A DNA stretch of 64,000 bases from Negaprion brevirostris (taxonomy: Eukaryota). A program made the translations under genes and the position numbers. Location: the NCBI GenBank assembly GCA_030324005.1, contig JARDVH010000193.1, positions 92,359,807-92,423,806 on the forward strand, read 5' to 3'. Shown here piece by piece: positions 1-11,666 of the stretch; positions within the stretch are counted from its first letter, which is position 1, and every line of letters begins with the position of its first letter. A model generated the notes under the pieces. It searched no databases, was not told the DNA's origin, and saw only the letters and a list, made by a program, of their open reading frames with translations.

Positions 1-50
1 AACAATACTTTTTACTGTATACATGTGACAATAATAAATCAAAATCAAAT
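1..50 (+). mobile_element. 3' tail of a Rex1/Babar-like LINE
   Basis: ATACATGTGACAATAATAAATCAAAATCAAA tail; matches the reverse complement of the longer copy at 39030-39390. Confidence 0.5.
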
Positions 51-493
51 TTTATTCGTCCCCACCAGTAAAAATTTTAACTCGTGAGCGGTTTTTTTCT
101 TATCCCAACAGCTTCCTCTACAAACCGAACCATCTACCTATGTTAAATGCCTGATGCTGCTGGAAGCATCAGACCTGTTTTTCAAGCATCTTTAGATGAT
201 TACACAGCTTTGAACATATTGGTTTGTAGGTTTCCAAATGCTGTGTGTCCTTTTCAGTGACTAAATTGGCTTCAAGTGCCTCTGTTTACTTTCCTTTAGC
301 ATGACATGTCATTGACTCAACTGAGAGATAGGGTTCTCTCAGGGTGATTGTTTGTTTCCATTGCTAATTGAGTTATTAATTGAAGTGCATGGCCTTCTAT
401 ACTTCACTGATTAGCTTTGGCTGCTCAGAACAGATTAGTCTGGAAGAGTTATGAACTTTCTGCTAATGTGAATCAGTTTGAGTGGAATTTTTC

Positions 494-712
494 AAAAACA
501 GAAAATGCTGGAAAACCTCAGTGGGTCTGACAGCATCTGTGGAGAGAGAACAGAACCAAAGTTTCAAGTCAGCATGAACTTTGCTGTGACGAAGGGTCAT
601 GCTCTCTCAAAGTTGGCTCTATTCTCTCGCCACAAATGTTGTCAGATCCACAGATTTTCCAGCATTTTCTATTTCTGTTTCAGATTCCTTCATCTACAGT
701 ATTTTGCATTTA
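494..712. mobile_element. Penelope-like element terminal-repeat hairpin (inverted pLTR pair)
   Basis: AAAACAGAAAATGCTGGAAAACCTCAG..CTGACAGCATCTGTGGAGAGAG (494-570) is an imperfect inverted repeat of ~606-675; degenerate TGACGAAGGGTC core between the arms. Confidence 0.7.
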
Positions 713-1614
713 TCTGAGTGAATTTATTGTATGATCTGTTCAACAGGAATAACTCTCGATTTGCCTACTGTTTTATTGGACATAAAGTTTGCAGAGTGAG
801 CGTGTAATTGATAAATTAATTTCTGTACAGCTAAATATGAAGTTGTGCATGTTGGTAGGAAAAATAAAGAGGCCACATACTGCTCGGTAGAGTCTGCGTG
901 GAGTATATTGACCTAGGGGTACATAAAACACAAAGAAGGCTAAGGCTGTTATTTTTTTAAAAATCAGCACTCGACTTAATTTCTAGAGAGCTGGCACCAA
1001 AGAGCAAAGAAGTTCTTTTAAACTGATTAAAGTACACTTGGAATTTTTGCACTTTTGGCCTTCCTGTTACAAAACAAATAAACTTATAACCTGTTGGCAG
1101 AGGCCTGCCATGTTATCTGGATCTTTCCCTCTCCATAGTTACAGCTTGACCTGCTAAATGGTTTGCAGCATTTTCTGTCCTTACCCTTATTTTTCATCAT
1201 TCCCAATTCAACATAATTATTTAAAAATAGGTTTCTTCAAAACTCAGTTGTTTCTGTGGTACAGTCCCTGACAGTTTAGGGGTAAGAATAATCTATTACA
1301 AGAGAAGTGAAAATCAGAGCCTTTGTTTATAGTATTTGATTTCTTCAGTTACTGTTTCAAATGTGTTTAAGTCCTTGATTTTTGCTGATACATTTAAGAT
1401 CGTTCTGACATAGGTTAATAAACTGATATGGAATTTTGCTGCCATCTGATGAACCTGTATTTCACACAGTTGACGGACCACGTGAAGCTTTCAGAGTTTT
1501 AAATTGGCTTTTATTCACATGATATCAAGGAAGTCTGCCTTCCAAGTTTCTTGAGTGATACATGGCATACATGATTAAATCTTTGCTTATCTTGCAAGTA
1601 ATTCATATATACCA

Positions 1615-1931
1615 ATCATAGAATCCTACAGTGCAGAAGGAGGCCATTCGGCCCATTGAGTCTGCACTGACCACAATCCCACCTATCCCCATTACCCCAT
1701 GCATTTACCCTAACTAGCTCCCATTACAATAAGGGGCCTTTTATTGTGGCCAATCCACCTTACCTGCATGCCTTTGGACTGTGGGAGGAAACGAGCACCC
1801 AGAGGAAACCCACGCAGACATGGGGAGAATGTGCAAACTCAACACGTGCACAGTGACCCAAGCTGGGATTTGAACCCGGGACCCTGGTGCTGTGAGTCCG
1901 CAGTGCTAACCACTGTGTCACCATGTCACCC
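1615..1931 (-). mobile_element. HE1-like tRNA-derived V-SINE
   Basis: Minus strand has box A (GGTGACACAGTGGTTAGCAC), box B (GGGTTCAAATCCC), V-domain (GGGTTTCCTCTGGGTGCTC) and CR1-type tail (CCTCCTTCTGCACTGTAGGATTCTATGA). Confidence 0.9.
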
Positions 1932-2243
1932 ACAATGAGAAGCATACATTTGTTCTGAAGTCATTGATATCCGATTGCGACTAGTGGCTCTGATTATTTA
2001 ATTTGTGTCAGATGAATATAATTAACCAGTTATAGCCTCTATCTGCTTGTCTAATTATAATGATGAATTATTAATGAAGTATACCTAAATGGTTACACCA
2101 TCCAAACATACTATTATGGTTTGTGGTTATCACTGTTCTCACCCTCTGTCCTTTGGTCAGCTTGTTTCTGGTTTCTCTATACTTCAGTACAAGCGTGAAA
2201 CATCTTCACAACAGCTTCCCAAGCAGCTGTGCTGTACTTAATT

Positions 2244-3200
2244 ACAGTAAGAAGCCTCACAACACCGGGTTAAAGTCCAACAGGTTTATTTGGTAGCAAA
2301 AGCCACTAGCTTTCGGAGTGCTGCTCCTTCATCAGGTGAGTGGCAGTTCTATTTACAAACAGAGCATGTAAAGACACAAACTCAATATACAAAACAATAG
2401 TTGGAATGTGAGTCTTTACAGGTAATCAAGTCTTAAAAATACAGACAATGTGAGTGGAGAAAGGGTTAAGCACAGGTTAAACAGATGCGTATTGTCTCCA
2501 GCCAGGACAGTTAGTGNNNNNNNNNNNNNNNNNNNNNNNNNNNNNNNNNNNNNNNNNNNNNNNNNNNNNNNNNNNNNNNNNNNNNNNNNNNNNNNNNNNN
2601 NNNNNNNNNNNNNNNNGTATTGTCTCCAGCCAGGACAGTTAGTGAGATCGTACAAGCCCAGGCAAGTCGTGGGGGTTACAGATAATGTGACATGAACCCA
2701 AGATCCCGGTTGAGGCCGTTCTCGTGTGTGCGGAACTTGGCTGTCGGTCTCTGCTCAGCAACTCTGTGCTGTCATGTGTCATGAAGGCCGCCTCAGAGAA
2801 CACTTACCCAGAGATCAGAAGCTGAATGCCTGTGACCGCTGAAGTGTTCCCCAACAGGAAGAGAACACTTGCCTGGTGATTGTCGAGTGGTGTTAATTAG
2901 TCCGTTGTCATAGCGTCTGCATGGTAGCTCCCCAATGTACCATGCCTTGGGACATCCTTCCCTGCAGCGTATCAGGTAGACAACGTTGGCCGAGTTGCAA
3001 GAGTACATACCGTGTATCTAGTGGATGGTATTCTGACATGAGATGATGGCATCTCTGTCAATGATCTGGCAAGTCTTGCAGAGGTTTTTATGGCAGGGTT
3101 GTCTGGTATCATGGTCACTGTTCTCCTGAGGGCTGAATAGTTTGCTGCGGACAGTAGTCTGTTTGGGGTTGTTTGAAGGCAAGAAGTGTGGGTGTGGGAT
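2244..3200 (-). mobile_element. Penelope-like retroelement, 3' part (GIY-YIG endonuclease remnant plus pLTR)
   Basis: Minus-strand translation PCHKNLCKTCQII... and YSCNSANVVYLIRCREGCPKAWYIGE...LPVGEHFSGHRHS (frameshifted GIY-YIG domain); terminal repeat shared with the copies at 21367 and 58148. Confidence 0.9.
2303..2340 (-). ncRNA. Minimal type I hammerhead ribozyme motif in PLE terminal repeat
   Basis: Minus strand reads CUCAC-CUGAUGA-A-GGAG-cagca-CUCC-GAAA-GC-UA-GUGG: intact core, 4-bp stem II, palindromic AGCU stem III, 4-bp stem I. Confidence 0.8.
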
Positions 3201-3204
3201 TGCC

Positions 3205-3280
3205 CCTGTATTGCATCTATTACATCTATTGCACTTGTATTGCATTGATTACATCTGTTTATACCTATTGCATCTGTACT
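3205..3280. repeat. Degenerate ~9-bp tandem repeat (ATTGCATCT)n
   Basis: attgcatct attacatct attgcactt gtattgcatt gattacatct... Confidence 0.6.
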
Positions 3281-3319
3281 TAATTCACAGGGGAACTCTA
3301 CTGCATTCAATAATTTTAA

Positions 3320-3566
3320 CCCCATCATATGTCCTGTCAGTTCCCCTTCAGACCACAAACCATCCTAACTTGGAACAACATCACTGTTCCTTCAATGTTC
3401 CTGTGTTAGAATCCTGGAACTCCTATCCTAACAGCACTCTGGGTGTACCTGTTGCATGTGGACTGCNNNNNNNNNNNNNNNNNNNNNNNNNNNNNNNNNN
3501 NNNNNNNNNNNNNNNNNNNNGCTGGCCTATACAGTGATGCCCACACCCTGTAAGAGGATAAAAAAT
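3320..3566 (+). mobile_element. 3' end of a second LINE family (CR1/L2 group)
   Basis: GTTCCCCTTCAGACCACA..ATCCTGGAACTCCTATCCTAACAGCAC..GCTGGCC..GATGCCCACACCC tail; reverse-complement copies at 32345, 40920 and 59255. Confidence 0.6.
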
Positions 3567-3833
3567 TAACCATGGCACACAGACAACATTTCAGCACTTG
3601 CCACAAGACTGATATGTTTTGATAAAGTGAATTTGACCTTGATAATTCAAATAAAGTCTGATTTTTATGACAAGCAATTCTTTTTTGCCAAGAAATAATC
3701 TCTGGTACCTTACAGTAATTTCCTTTTAGCTGTGAGTCAGCACTTACAGAGAGTATCACTGTCAGGAAGATTTTCTTGCATCAGATATTCAACAGGCATA
3801 ATCCCAGAAGTTGTTGCTAGATATCAGTTGTAA

Positions 3834-4041
3834 TGTCGTAACTATGTCAGTCTGATATAAAAAGAAAATACGTGGTTTGCATAGCTAGATTCAAACAAAC
3901 AGCAACATGGTTATTCCAGGAGCCCTTCTCTGTGTAGAGTATAAACTAAAAGTAAAACGGCTGCAAACAACCCTGTGGTGACATAATCAAATCATGTGAT
4001 GAGTTCTCAGTGTAATCATGCAACCATTTAAATATATAACA
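3834..4041 (-). repeat. 3' LTR (~210 bp) of the Gypsy element
   Basis: TG..CA ends, next to the polypurine tract, homologous to 61838-62036 (TGGTTTGCA..TAGATTCAAA..TTCTCTG..CATTTAA.TATATAACA). Confidence 0.65.
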
Positions 4042-5142
4042 TCCCTTCCCTTTTATTTCTGTGATCATGGCAACAAATGTCTACAATGTTAAACGTAGGA
4101 TCGATGATACTGAAGACTCAGTGCTATGCACTGTTAATCATACACAGTCAATAAGAAAGTTGATCAGGAGTAGGTCTATTCCTCTTTAGTTGTATACAAC
4201 ATTCTGGAATTTAGCTGTCCTTGACCCTGGAAGTAATTCTACACTGTGCTCGCATGGTATAGTAGTGAAGGCACAATCATCAGGCAACTCAGACTCAACT
4301 AAGTCTGCTGTAGCAGATCGCAGAATTAGTGACTAAAGGAGTTGGTACTTCTGGAAATGATTTGGAGAAATGTGTCAGAAAAAAATTAGTTTTTGCTAAA
4401 ACTATTGATTGATACCATTTCTGAATTGCAGCATAATTACATGGTAACACTCAATCTCCTTCTTGAAATGAGCGTTTTGCTCTTGCATCTCATCTAGCAA
4501 CTTGAGATTGTTATTAACAATCAACTATTCTAAAGTTTCTGGAGGTAATAAATCTAACATAGCTCTCTCCTTTCTCTTTAAGAATAGTACTGCAGATGAA
4601 TTTTGGGTAGTCGCACAAATAGTCTTTCTATAAGATGCCAAAAAGCTATTCACAAAATATGTTAATGAAACTTCTGCTTTTAAAGAATATTTCCAGGATT
4701 ATACAAATCTTTCAGCTAATCCATTGGCTAGGATTTTACATGCTGAATACCACTTACTTTGAGATAGTCCTCAAGCTCTTGTGAATTACACTGTGGGCCA
4801 TTATCGCTAACAACATCTACATGCAATTGTTGCCGTGGTGTTTTAGACCACTCCCAAGGCAGTAAAGGAGACAACAGTAGTGTATTTCTTATTTGTACAC
4901 AGGATTGACACCCTCCCACTTTCTTTTCAATCTCAGCATCCAGACACGGCAACCAAAAATAACTACGCGCTAATTTCTTCTTCAGTACCATACCAGGATG
5001 TCTTTCATGTAGTTGTTCAAGAACTTTTCCACACATACTTGGAGAAATAATCACTTTGATTCCCCACAATAAACATCCACTCACTAGAGCGTTTTTTGAT
5101 ACATCTGATTTCAAATCAGGATGCAACAATGCATTCAATGAA

Positions 5143-5420
5143 TCTCAGAATCCCTACAGTGCAGAAAGAGGCCACTTGGTCCATCGTGCCTGTCCCAGCA
5201 ACAATCCAATCCAAACCCTGTCCCTATAACCCCATGTAATTACCCTGCTAGTCCCCCTGACTTTAAGGGGCAAATTTGCATGGCCAATAAACCTAAGCTG
5301 CACATTTTTGGTCTGTGGGAGGAAACTGGAGCACCCAGAGACACAGAGAATGTGCAAACTCCACACAGACAGTGTTGGAATTTTAGCCAGGTCCCTGGCA
5401 CTGAGAGCCAGCTACTGTCC
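5143..5420 (-). mobile_element. HE1-like SINE nested in Gypsy integrase
   Basis: Same V-domain and tail as the 1615-1931 copy. Confidence 0.85.
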
Positions 5421-6461
5421 CTGTCAAAACCATATCCGTCATCTATCCCATCACAGGATCATTTCTGGTGTGTCTCTGAACTTGAGAAGCTGCCATAGGC
5501 AAATGATCTACTAGCAAAAGAGGAAGACTAGTAAAAATAGTAAGTGGCATTTGCTCAATGGGTAAAGATGATCATGATAATGCAGCTGTATTAGTATAAC
5601 ACTCTGACTGAAGATACTTTATCTCATAAGAATGTGCAGGTGAGATTGCATCTTTGCAATCAGCTAGCAGCTAACAATGGTGTGCCTTTACACAGCCCCA
5701 AAAGAGTTGTTAAAGTTTATTGATCAGTCAATAATGTGAAATGACGACCATGTAAGTAATATGCCAAAAGTTATATTCAATGTTTCTATTTCTAGCTGAG
5801 TGTAGTTACATTCAGCACTAATCAGAGTACACAAAACAAAAGCTATTGATCATTCTTCTCCCAAAAGCATTGTGTGTGAAACTACTGTCCCAGTCAATAA
5901 GATGAAGCATCACAAGCAATCAGTAAAGGTAGCTTTGGATTAAAATTAACCAATACTCCAGACTTCTGTAAAGCACCTTTGACGTCTTTGCATGCTGTTT
6001 CTTAATCTGTTGTCTAGTCCTATGACTGTTTCACATGTAGTAAATTATATAATGCCTTCTACAATGAAACTATGTTAGGAACAAATTTATCATAATAATT
6101 TACTAATCCTAGAAAGGACCTCAATTGCATCACCTTGGTGGTACTTTTAAACAAGTGGCCATCTTTTTGGGTGCTTTATGTAGGCTTTTACACATGATGC
6201 AAAAACTGAACTGACGACTGGAAAAAAGTCTTATTTTCTTTCTTGAAGTGCAAACCATGTGCTTGAAAATATTGCAGTGTTGTTTTTAAATTCTTTAAGT
6301 GCTTCTGTAATTAGAATATCATCCAAATAATACTGCGCACCAGCGAGCCCGCTTAAAATCAAATCCATCGAACTTTGGANNNNNNNNNNNNNNNNNNNNN
6401 NNNNNNNNNNNNNNNNNNNNNNATTAAGAAAATTTTTGAGTAACAACTGTTGTGATTCAGC

Positions 6462-6700
6462 TGGTATGATTTGTTAGAGCCAGTTACCATGAATGGTTGG
6501 GCTCCCTCAATCATACTCGTGTTGAAAGCAGATGATTCTGTTCATATTTGTGGTGATTTTAAAACAACCATAAATCCACCGTTGTGTGCTGATCAATTTC
6601 CGCTTCCTTTAATTGAAGATTTGTTCATTGGGTTGTCAGGTAGGCAGAAAATCAGCAAGGTTATATTTCACAGGCACATTTACAGATGAATTATTGTTTC
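6462..6700 (+). mobile_element. Inverted segment of the Gypsy reverse transcriptase
   Basis: LEPVTMNGWAPSIILVLKADDSVHICGDFKTTINPPL..PLPLIEDLF reads on + while the rest of the element is on -. Confidence 0.85.
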
Positions 6701-7183
6701 TTCAGTTAGTTTAGTCATATTTAAAACTCTTCCATATATATGTGAGATGTTTAAATTCAGTAGCAGCATAGAATAATCCAAGGACCAAATTGGTTTTAAT
6801 GACCACTCAGCATTACACATTTTTTTCCTCTTATGTTACCTTAATTTTATTAAATCTTTAAATGATAGGTAATTATAACTCAGAAAATTAAGTCCATGAA
6901 ATTCCTATGTCATCCAGTTTTGAGATGTTAGCCACCTATTTAATTAATTTATTTAAAGCCAAAGTAAATATTCTTTAGGTAAAATGGAAATCTCTTATTC
7001 CAATTGCAGCATTAAATTTGGTGAACAATTAACACACTCGTAATGATGAACCACAAGGTGTGGTAGGATTTCTACTACAAGCTAACCCTGATTTCCTATA
7101 TGCCTTCAAAGTTTCTAACCAGTGTGCCACAATCCTGCTGAAACTTCCAGTAAAAGAAAAAATAAAATTGGAAAATCATACCA
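6700..7183 (-). mobile_element. Probable L1-clade ORF2 fragment
   Basis: Minus strand begins GGTATGATTTTCCAATTTTATTTTTTCTTTTACTGG, resembling the L1 GGxxLPNFxxYYW motif; AT-rich and degenerate. Confidence 0.4.
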
Positions 7184-7490
7184 ATTATTCTTTGATCTTG
7201 GGATGAATTGCATATGGCACCACTCTTAGTTTGAGACTTTTTGGCTGACTATTAGGTTTTATGTTGAGTTTCACTTGAACTCCCATCATTGAGCCAAATG
7301 TTTCTTTAAATACGCTCTTGTATTTATCCAGAAGGTGCTGTAGGTCTGTTTTGACATGAACAAACTCTCCAGTTGAGCTTAATCTTCTCCAACCATGATC
7401 TCCCAAATAAAGCTGGAAAATTACTATGGACCACATGTAGCGACAACTCTACTTTTTGTCCACTCAATTTAAGGTTGGCCATGATGTTGT

Positions 7491-7735
7491 GGGCAGCATG
7501 GTGGCACAGTAGTTAGCACTGTTGCTTCACAGCACCAGGGACATGGGTTTGATTCCACGTTTGGGTCACTATCTGTGTGGAGTTTGCCCTCTCCTCGTGT
7601 CTACATGGGTTTTCTCCCACAGTCCAAAGATGTGCAGGCTGGATTGATTGGCCATGCTAAATTGACCCTAATGTCGGAGGGATTAGTAGGGTAAATAAGG
7701 GTTGCTGGAGTGGAGCCTATACTGTGGGGATTCCA
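7491..7735 (+). mobile_element. HE1-like SINE nested in Gypsy protease region
   Basis: GGGCAGCATGGTGGCACAGTAGTTAGCACTG head, box B and V-domain. Confidence 0.85.
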
Positions 7736-9224
7736 TGTAATCTTTTAGCAGCACAATTTCTTCCATGTAAGTTCTTAAAATCACATTAGCTGGTTTTACT
7801 GGAAGATGCTTCAGCTTTTGTTTACTTGTAGCCTCAGGGATTAAAGATGCAGCAGCATTAGTATCAACCTCCAACCTAATATATTGCCATTTAGTTTCCG
7901 AATTACCCAGAACCTACAATTCACCCTGTATGGATAATACATTCAGTTGGAGCTGTTCATTGTATATCTGGACATGATGATCTTCACAGTCGTAATTCTT
8001 TTCTTCCATGTTGTAAATTGTTTTTGTAGAATTCAATTTGTATTTCTTGAAGACATCCAAATTCTTCCAAATATTCGTCTTAAGGGAAGGTGGTCTGGCC
8101 AAACAAGCTTTAGCAATGCGACTCCTTTTTTTGCCACACCTCTTGCATTGATTATCCTTGCTCCAGCGTTCATTCGTTGAAAGACCCATTTTGGTACATT
8201 TGTGACACGCTTGCTGTTTTGGCGACTTACCGGCAGTTTCCAATTTATGAATCTTCACTCCTGTACTAAATTGTGAAGCCTCTTTAGCAGTCAGTTACAT
8301 TGACGCTGTGATTTCACCTGCTGTCTTTAAAGTCAAAGCATGTTCAATAATCAATCTTTTCTGGATAGCCTCATTTTGGAGACCACAAATGAGATGATCT
8401 CCAAGAGAATCATCTAATGACTCAACAAACTCTTAATGTTGTGCTAGCCCTTTTAAGGTTGCCAAAAATTGAGCAATGCTTGATTAATTCTGAATTGTTC
8501 CATAATGATCAATGGCTTTGGAGGGTAATACTGTTCAAGGACCTTTTGTCAAATCATCATAAGCTTTGATTCCTGGCTTAGCTGAATGAACCAAGTTTCA
8601 GAGCAAATTGAAAGTCTTACTTCCTATTGTATTGAGTCAATCTGGTACAAGCAACTATTTTCAATTTTATTTGTGTGTACAAATTGCTGAAAACAGTCTA
8701 CATAGGAACTCCACGGTTCATTTTTTCATTGAATGGCCCCATGGATCTTAATTGACCTACCATTATTTCTCTTGCAGGCATCAGTGACTTGAGACTACTC
8801 TCAGTATTTTTTTTGTTCCTGTCCTCCCAGTATTCCCTTTTTACCTTGGAGACCATTAACTTGATGTATTTTTTTTCAGACAATCTTGCTGTTCAGCAAA
8901 ACATGTCCCTCTTCAAATATGCCATGTACTACCCGGACACACTCCATTTTCTGATTGGTAAAACCCTCTATTTTAAAATTAGTGTTTTTTTTCTTACTTG
9001 GCTTCCTTCCATGGCACTTTACTCTTTTATCCTGCTGTTGCTTCTCCTCAGCTTTCTAATATTTGAAATAATTTTTGTTTTCTCTACTTAGGATCTTTTT
9101 TTTGATGTTCTCAGTGAAACGAAATCCCGACTCGCTGTTAATTTTTTTTGAAACATCCTAACTGTATCGGTGATTGTGGTTTTTGCACAAAAAGCCCTTC
9201 AAGCGTTCCCCACCTTTCAATACA

Positions 9225-10224
9225 AACTATGCCAGCCTCTGATCCTTTTTCTGTGCCATTTCCCAGTAGTCCTCAATTCCTTGATCTATCAAATATTTAT
9301 CCACCTCTACTTTAAATACTTCTAATGATCGAACCTCCACTACCCTTTGGGGCAGAGAATTCCACAGATTCACCATCCTCTGCGAGAAGAAATTTGTACA
9401 CACCTTACTTTTAAGGTACATACACCCTTTATCTTGTAGCTTTGTCCCTTTGTTCGAGACTCTTGCACTAGTGAAAACATAGAACATAGAACATAGAACA
9501 TTACAGCGCAGAACAGGCCCTTCGGCCCACGATGTTGCGCCGACCAGTTANNNNNNNNNNNNNNNNNNNNNNNNNNNNNNNNNNNNNNNNNNNNNNNNNN
9601 NNNNNNNNNNNNNNNNNNNNNNNNNNNNNNNNNNNNNNNNNNNNNNNNNNGTTAAACAATATAAACAGCTAAATATATCTTACTTGTGCCTCCTCTCACG
9701 GCCAAAAATCGCTGCCTCTCGGAACTGTCAAGCCCCCTCAGGATCTTATGTTTGAATAAGGTCACCCCTTACTTTTCTAAACTGCAAGGAATACAGAAAC
9801 AGACTATTTTGCCTCTCTTGATAGGGCTACCCTTTAATTGCAGGAATTAGTTTGATGAATCTCGTTTGGACTGCGTCCAATGTTTCTATATCTTTTTTTA
9901 AGGTAAGGGAGCCACAATTGTATGTAATATTCCAGGTGAGGCCTCACCAACACCTTTATACAATTGCAACAAATCCTCTCTTACAAGCCTTTGCAATTAA
10001 GGGCAAAATGCTGTTTGCCCTCTTAACTACTTGTTGGACCTGCTTGCTAGTTTTTGTGATTTGTACATTAGAACACCCAGGTCCCTCTATACTTCACTCA
10101 TCTGCAGTGTCTCTCCATTGAGATAATCTGCCTTTTGATTCCTCCAACAAAAATGCAAGGCCTCTCATTTCTCCACATTAAATGCCATTTGCCAGGTTTT
10201 CACCCAGTTACCCAATCTATCTAC
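9225..10224 (-). mobile_element. CR1 LINE 3' region with a younger CR1/HER1 tail nested at 9474-9550
   Basis: NFFSQRMVNLWNSLPQRVVE C-terminal motif; (AGAACAT)n tail repeat at the nested copy. Confidence 0.85.
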
Positions 10225-11566
10225 AAGAACATAAGAATTAGGAGCAGGAGTGGGCCATCTGGTCCCTCGATAAGATCATGGCTGATCTTTTCATGGACTC
10301 AGCTCCACTTACACGCCTGCTCACCATTACCCTTAATTCCTTTACTGTCCAAAAATGTATTTATACTTGCCTTAAAAACATTCAATGAGGTAGCCTCAAC
10401 TGCTTCACTGGGCAGCGAACTCCACAGGTTCACAACTCTTTGTGTGAAGAAGTTCCTCCTCAACTCAGGCCTAAATCTGCTCCCCCTTATTTTGAGGCCA
10501 TGCTCCCAAGTTCTAGTTTCACCTGCCAGTGGAAACAACTTCCCTGCTTCTTTCTTATCTGTTCCCTTCACAATCTTATATGTTTCTATAAGATCTCCCC
10601 TTATTCTTCTGAATTCCAATGAGTATGGCCTGAGTCTACTCAGTCTCTCCTCATAAGCCAATCCTCTCAACTCCGGAATCAACCTAGTGTATCTCCTCTG
10701 TATCCCCTCCAGTGCCAGTATATCCTTTCTCAAGTAAAGAGACCAAAACTGTCCACAGTGCTCCAGGTGTGGCCTCACCAGCACCCTATACAGCTGCAGC
10801 ATAACCTCGTTGTTTTTAAACTCCATCCCTCTAACAATAAAGGACAAAATTCCATTTGCCTCCTTAATTACCTGCTGCACCTGCAAACCAACTTCTTGTG
10901 ATTCTTGCACAAGGACACCCAGGCCACTCTGTACAGCAGCATGCTTCAATTTTTTACCATTTAAATACTAGTCCATTTTGCTATTATTCCTACCAAAATA
11001 TATGACCTCACATTTACCAACATTGTACTCCATCTGCCAGTTACTTAGACTATCTATATCCCTTTGCAGACTTGCAGTATCCTCTGCATACTTTGCTCTG
11101 CCACTCATCTTAGTGTTATCTGTAAATTTTGACACACTACACTTGGTTCTCAACTCCAAATCATCTATGTAAATCGTAAACAATTGCAGTCCCAACACTG
11201 ATCCATGAGGCACACCACTTGTCACTGATAGCCAATCAGAAAAAACATCCATTTACTCCCACTCTTTGCTTTCTGTTAGTTAACCAGTCCTCTGTCTATG
11301 CTAATACATCATTCATAACACCATGCATTGTCTTATGTAGCAGTCTTTGGTGCGGCACCTTGTCAGATGCCTTCTAGAAATCCAGATAACCCACATCCCC
11401 AGATTCCCCATTGTCCACTGCACATGTAATGTTCTCAAAGAATTCCACCAAATTAGTCAAACGTGACCTTCCCTTCATGAACCATGCTTCGTCTTACCAA
11501 TGGGACAATTTATATCCAGATGTTTCACTATTTCTTCCTTGATAGATTCAAGCATTTTCCCTACTA
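10225..11566 (-). mobile_element. CR1 LINE (RT plus 3' end), relatively young
   Basis: SGVPHGSVLG..FTIYIDDL..KFTDNTK; LVRPHLE..RRIRGDLIETYKI..RRNFFTQRVVNLWSSLP; tail AAGAACATAAGAA. Confidence 0.95.
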
Positions 11567-11666
11567 NNNNNNNNNNNNNNNNNNNNNNNNNNNNNNNNNN
11601 NNNNNNNNNNNNNNNNNNNNNNNNNNNNNNNNNNNNNNNNNNNNNNNNNNNNNNNNNNNNNNNNNN

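Larger units (their letters stand above)
3834..9140 (-). mobile_element. Decayed Ty3/Gypsy LTR retrotransposon (gag-PR-RT-RNH-IN plus 3' LTR)
   Basis: Minus strand: gag start MVGQLRSMGPFNE (~8763), CCHC-like knuckles (8100-8210), protease VDTNAAASLI (~7870), RT YYLDDILI (~6330), integrase LHERHPGM..ARSYFWLP..CQSC and SDNGPQ; polypurine tract 4042-4054 abutting the TG of the LTR; many stops; nested SINEs and an L1 piece. Confidence 0.9.

Noticed and set aside
2489-2644. Direct repeats flanking N-gaps (also at 17200-17318, 40208-40355, 44613-44746 and 62322-62470) that look like TSDs
   Set aside because: Identical sequence on both sides of 100-N gaps is an assembly overlap artefact, not biology.
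10299-10949. 216-aa ORF as a host gene
   Set aside because: It is the C-terminus of CR1 ORF2; the upstream part is broken by stops, deletions and frameshifts.
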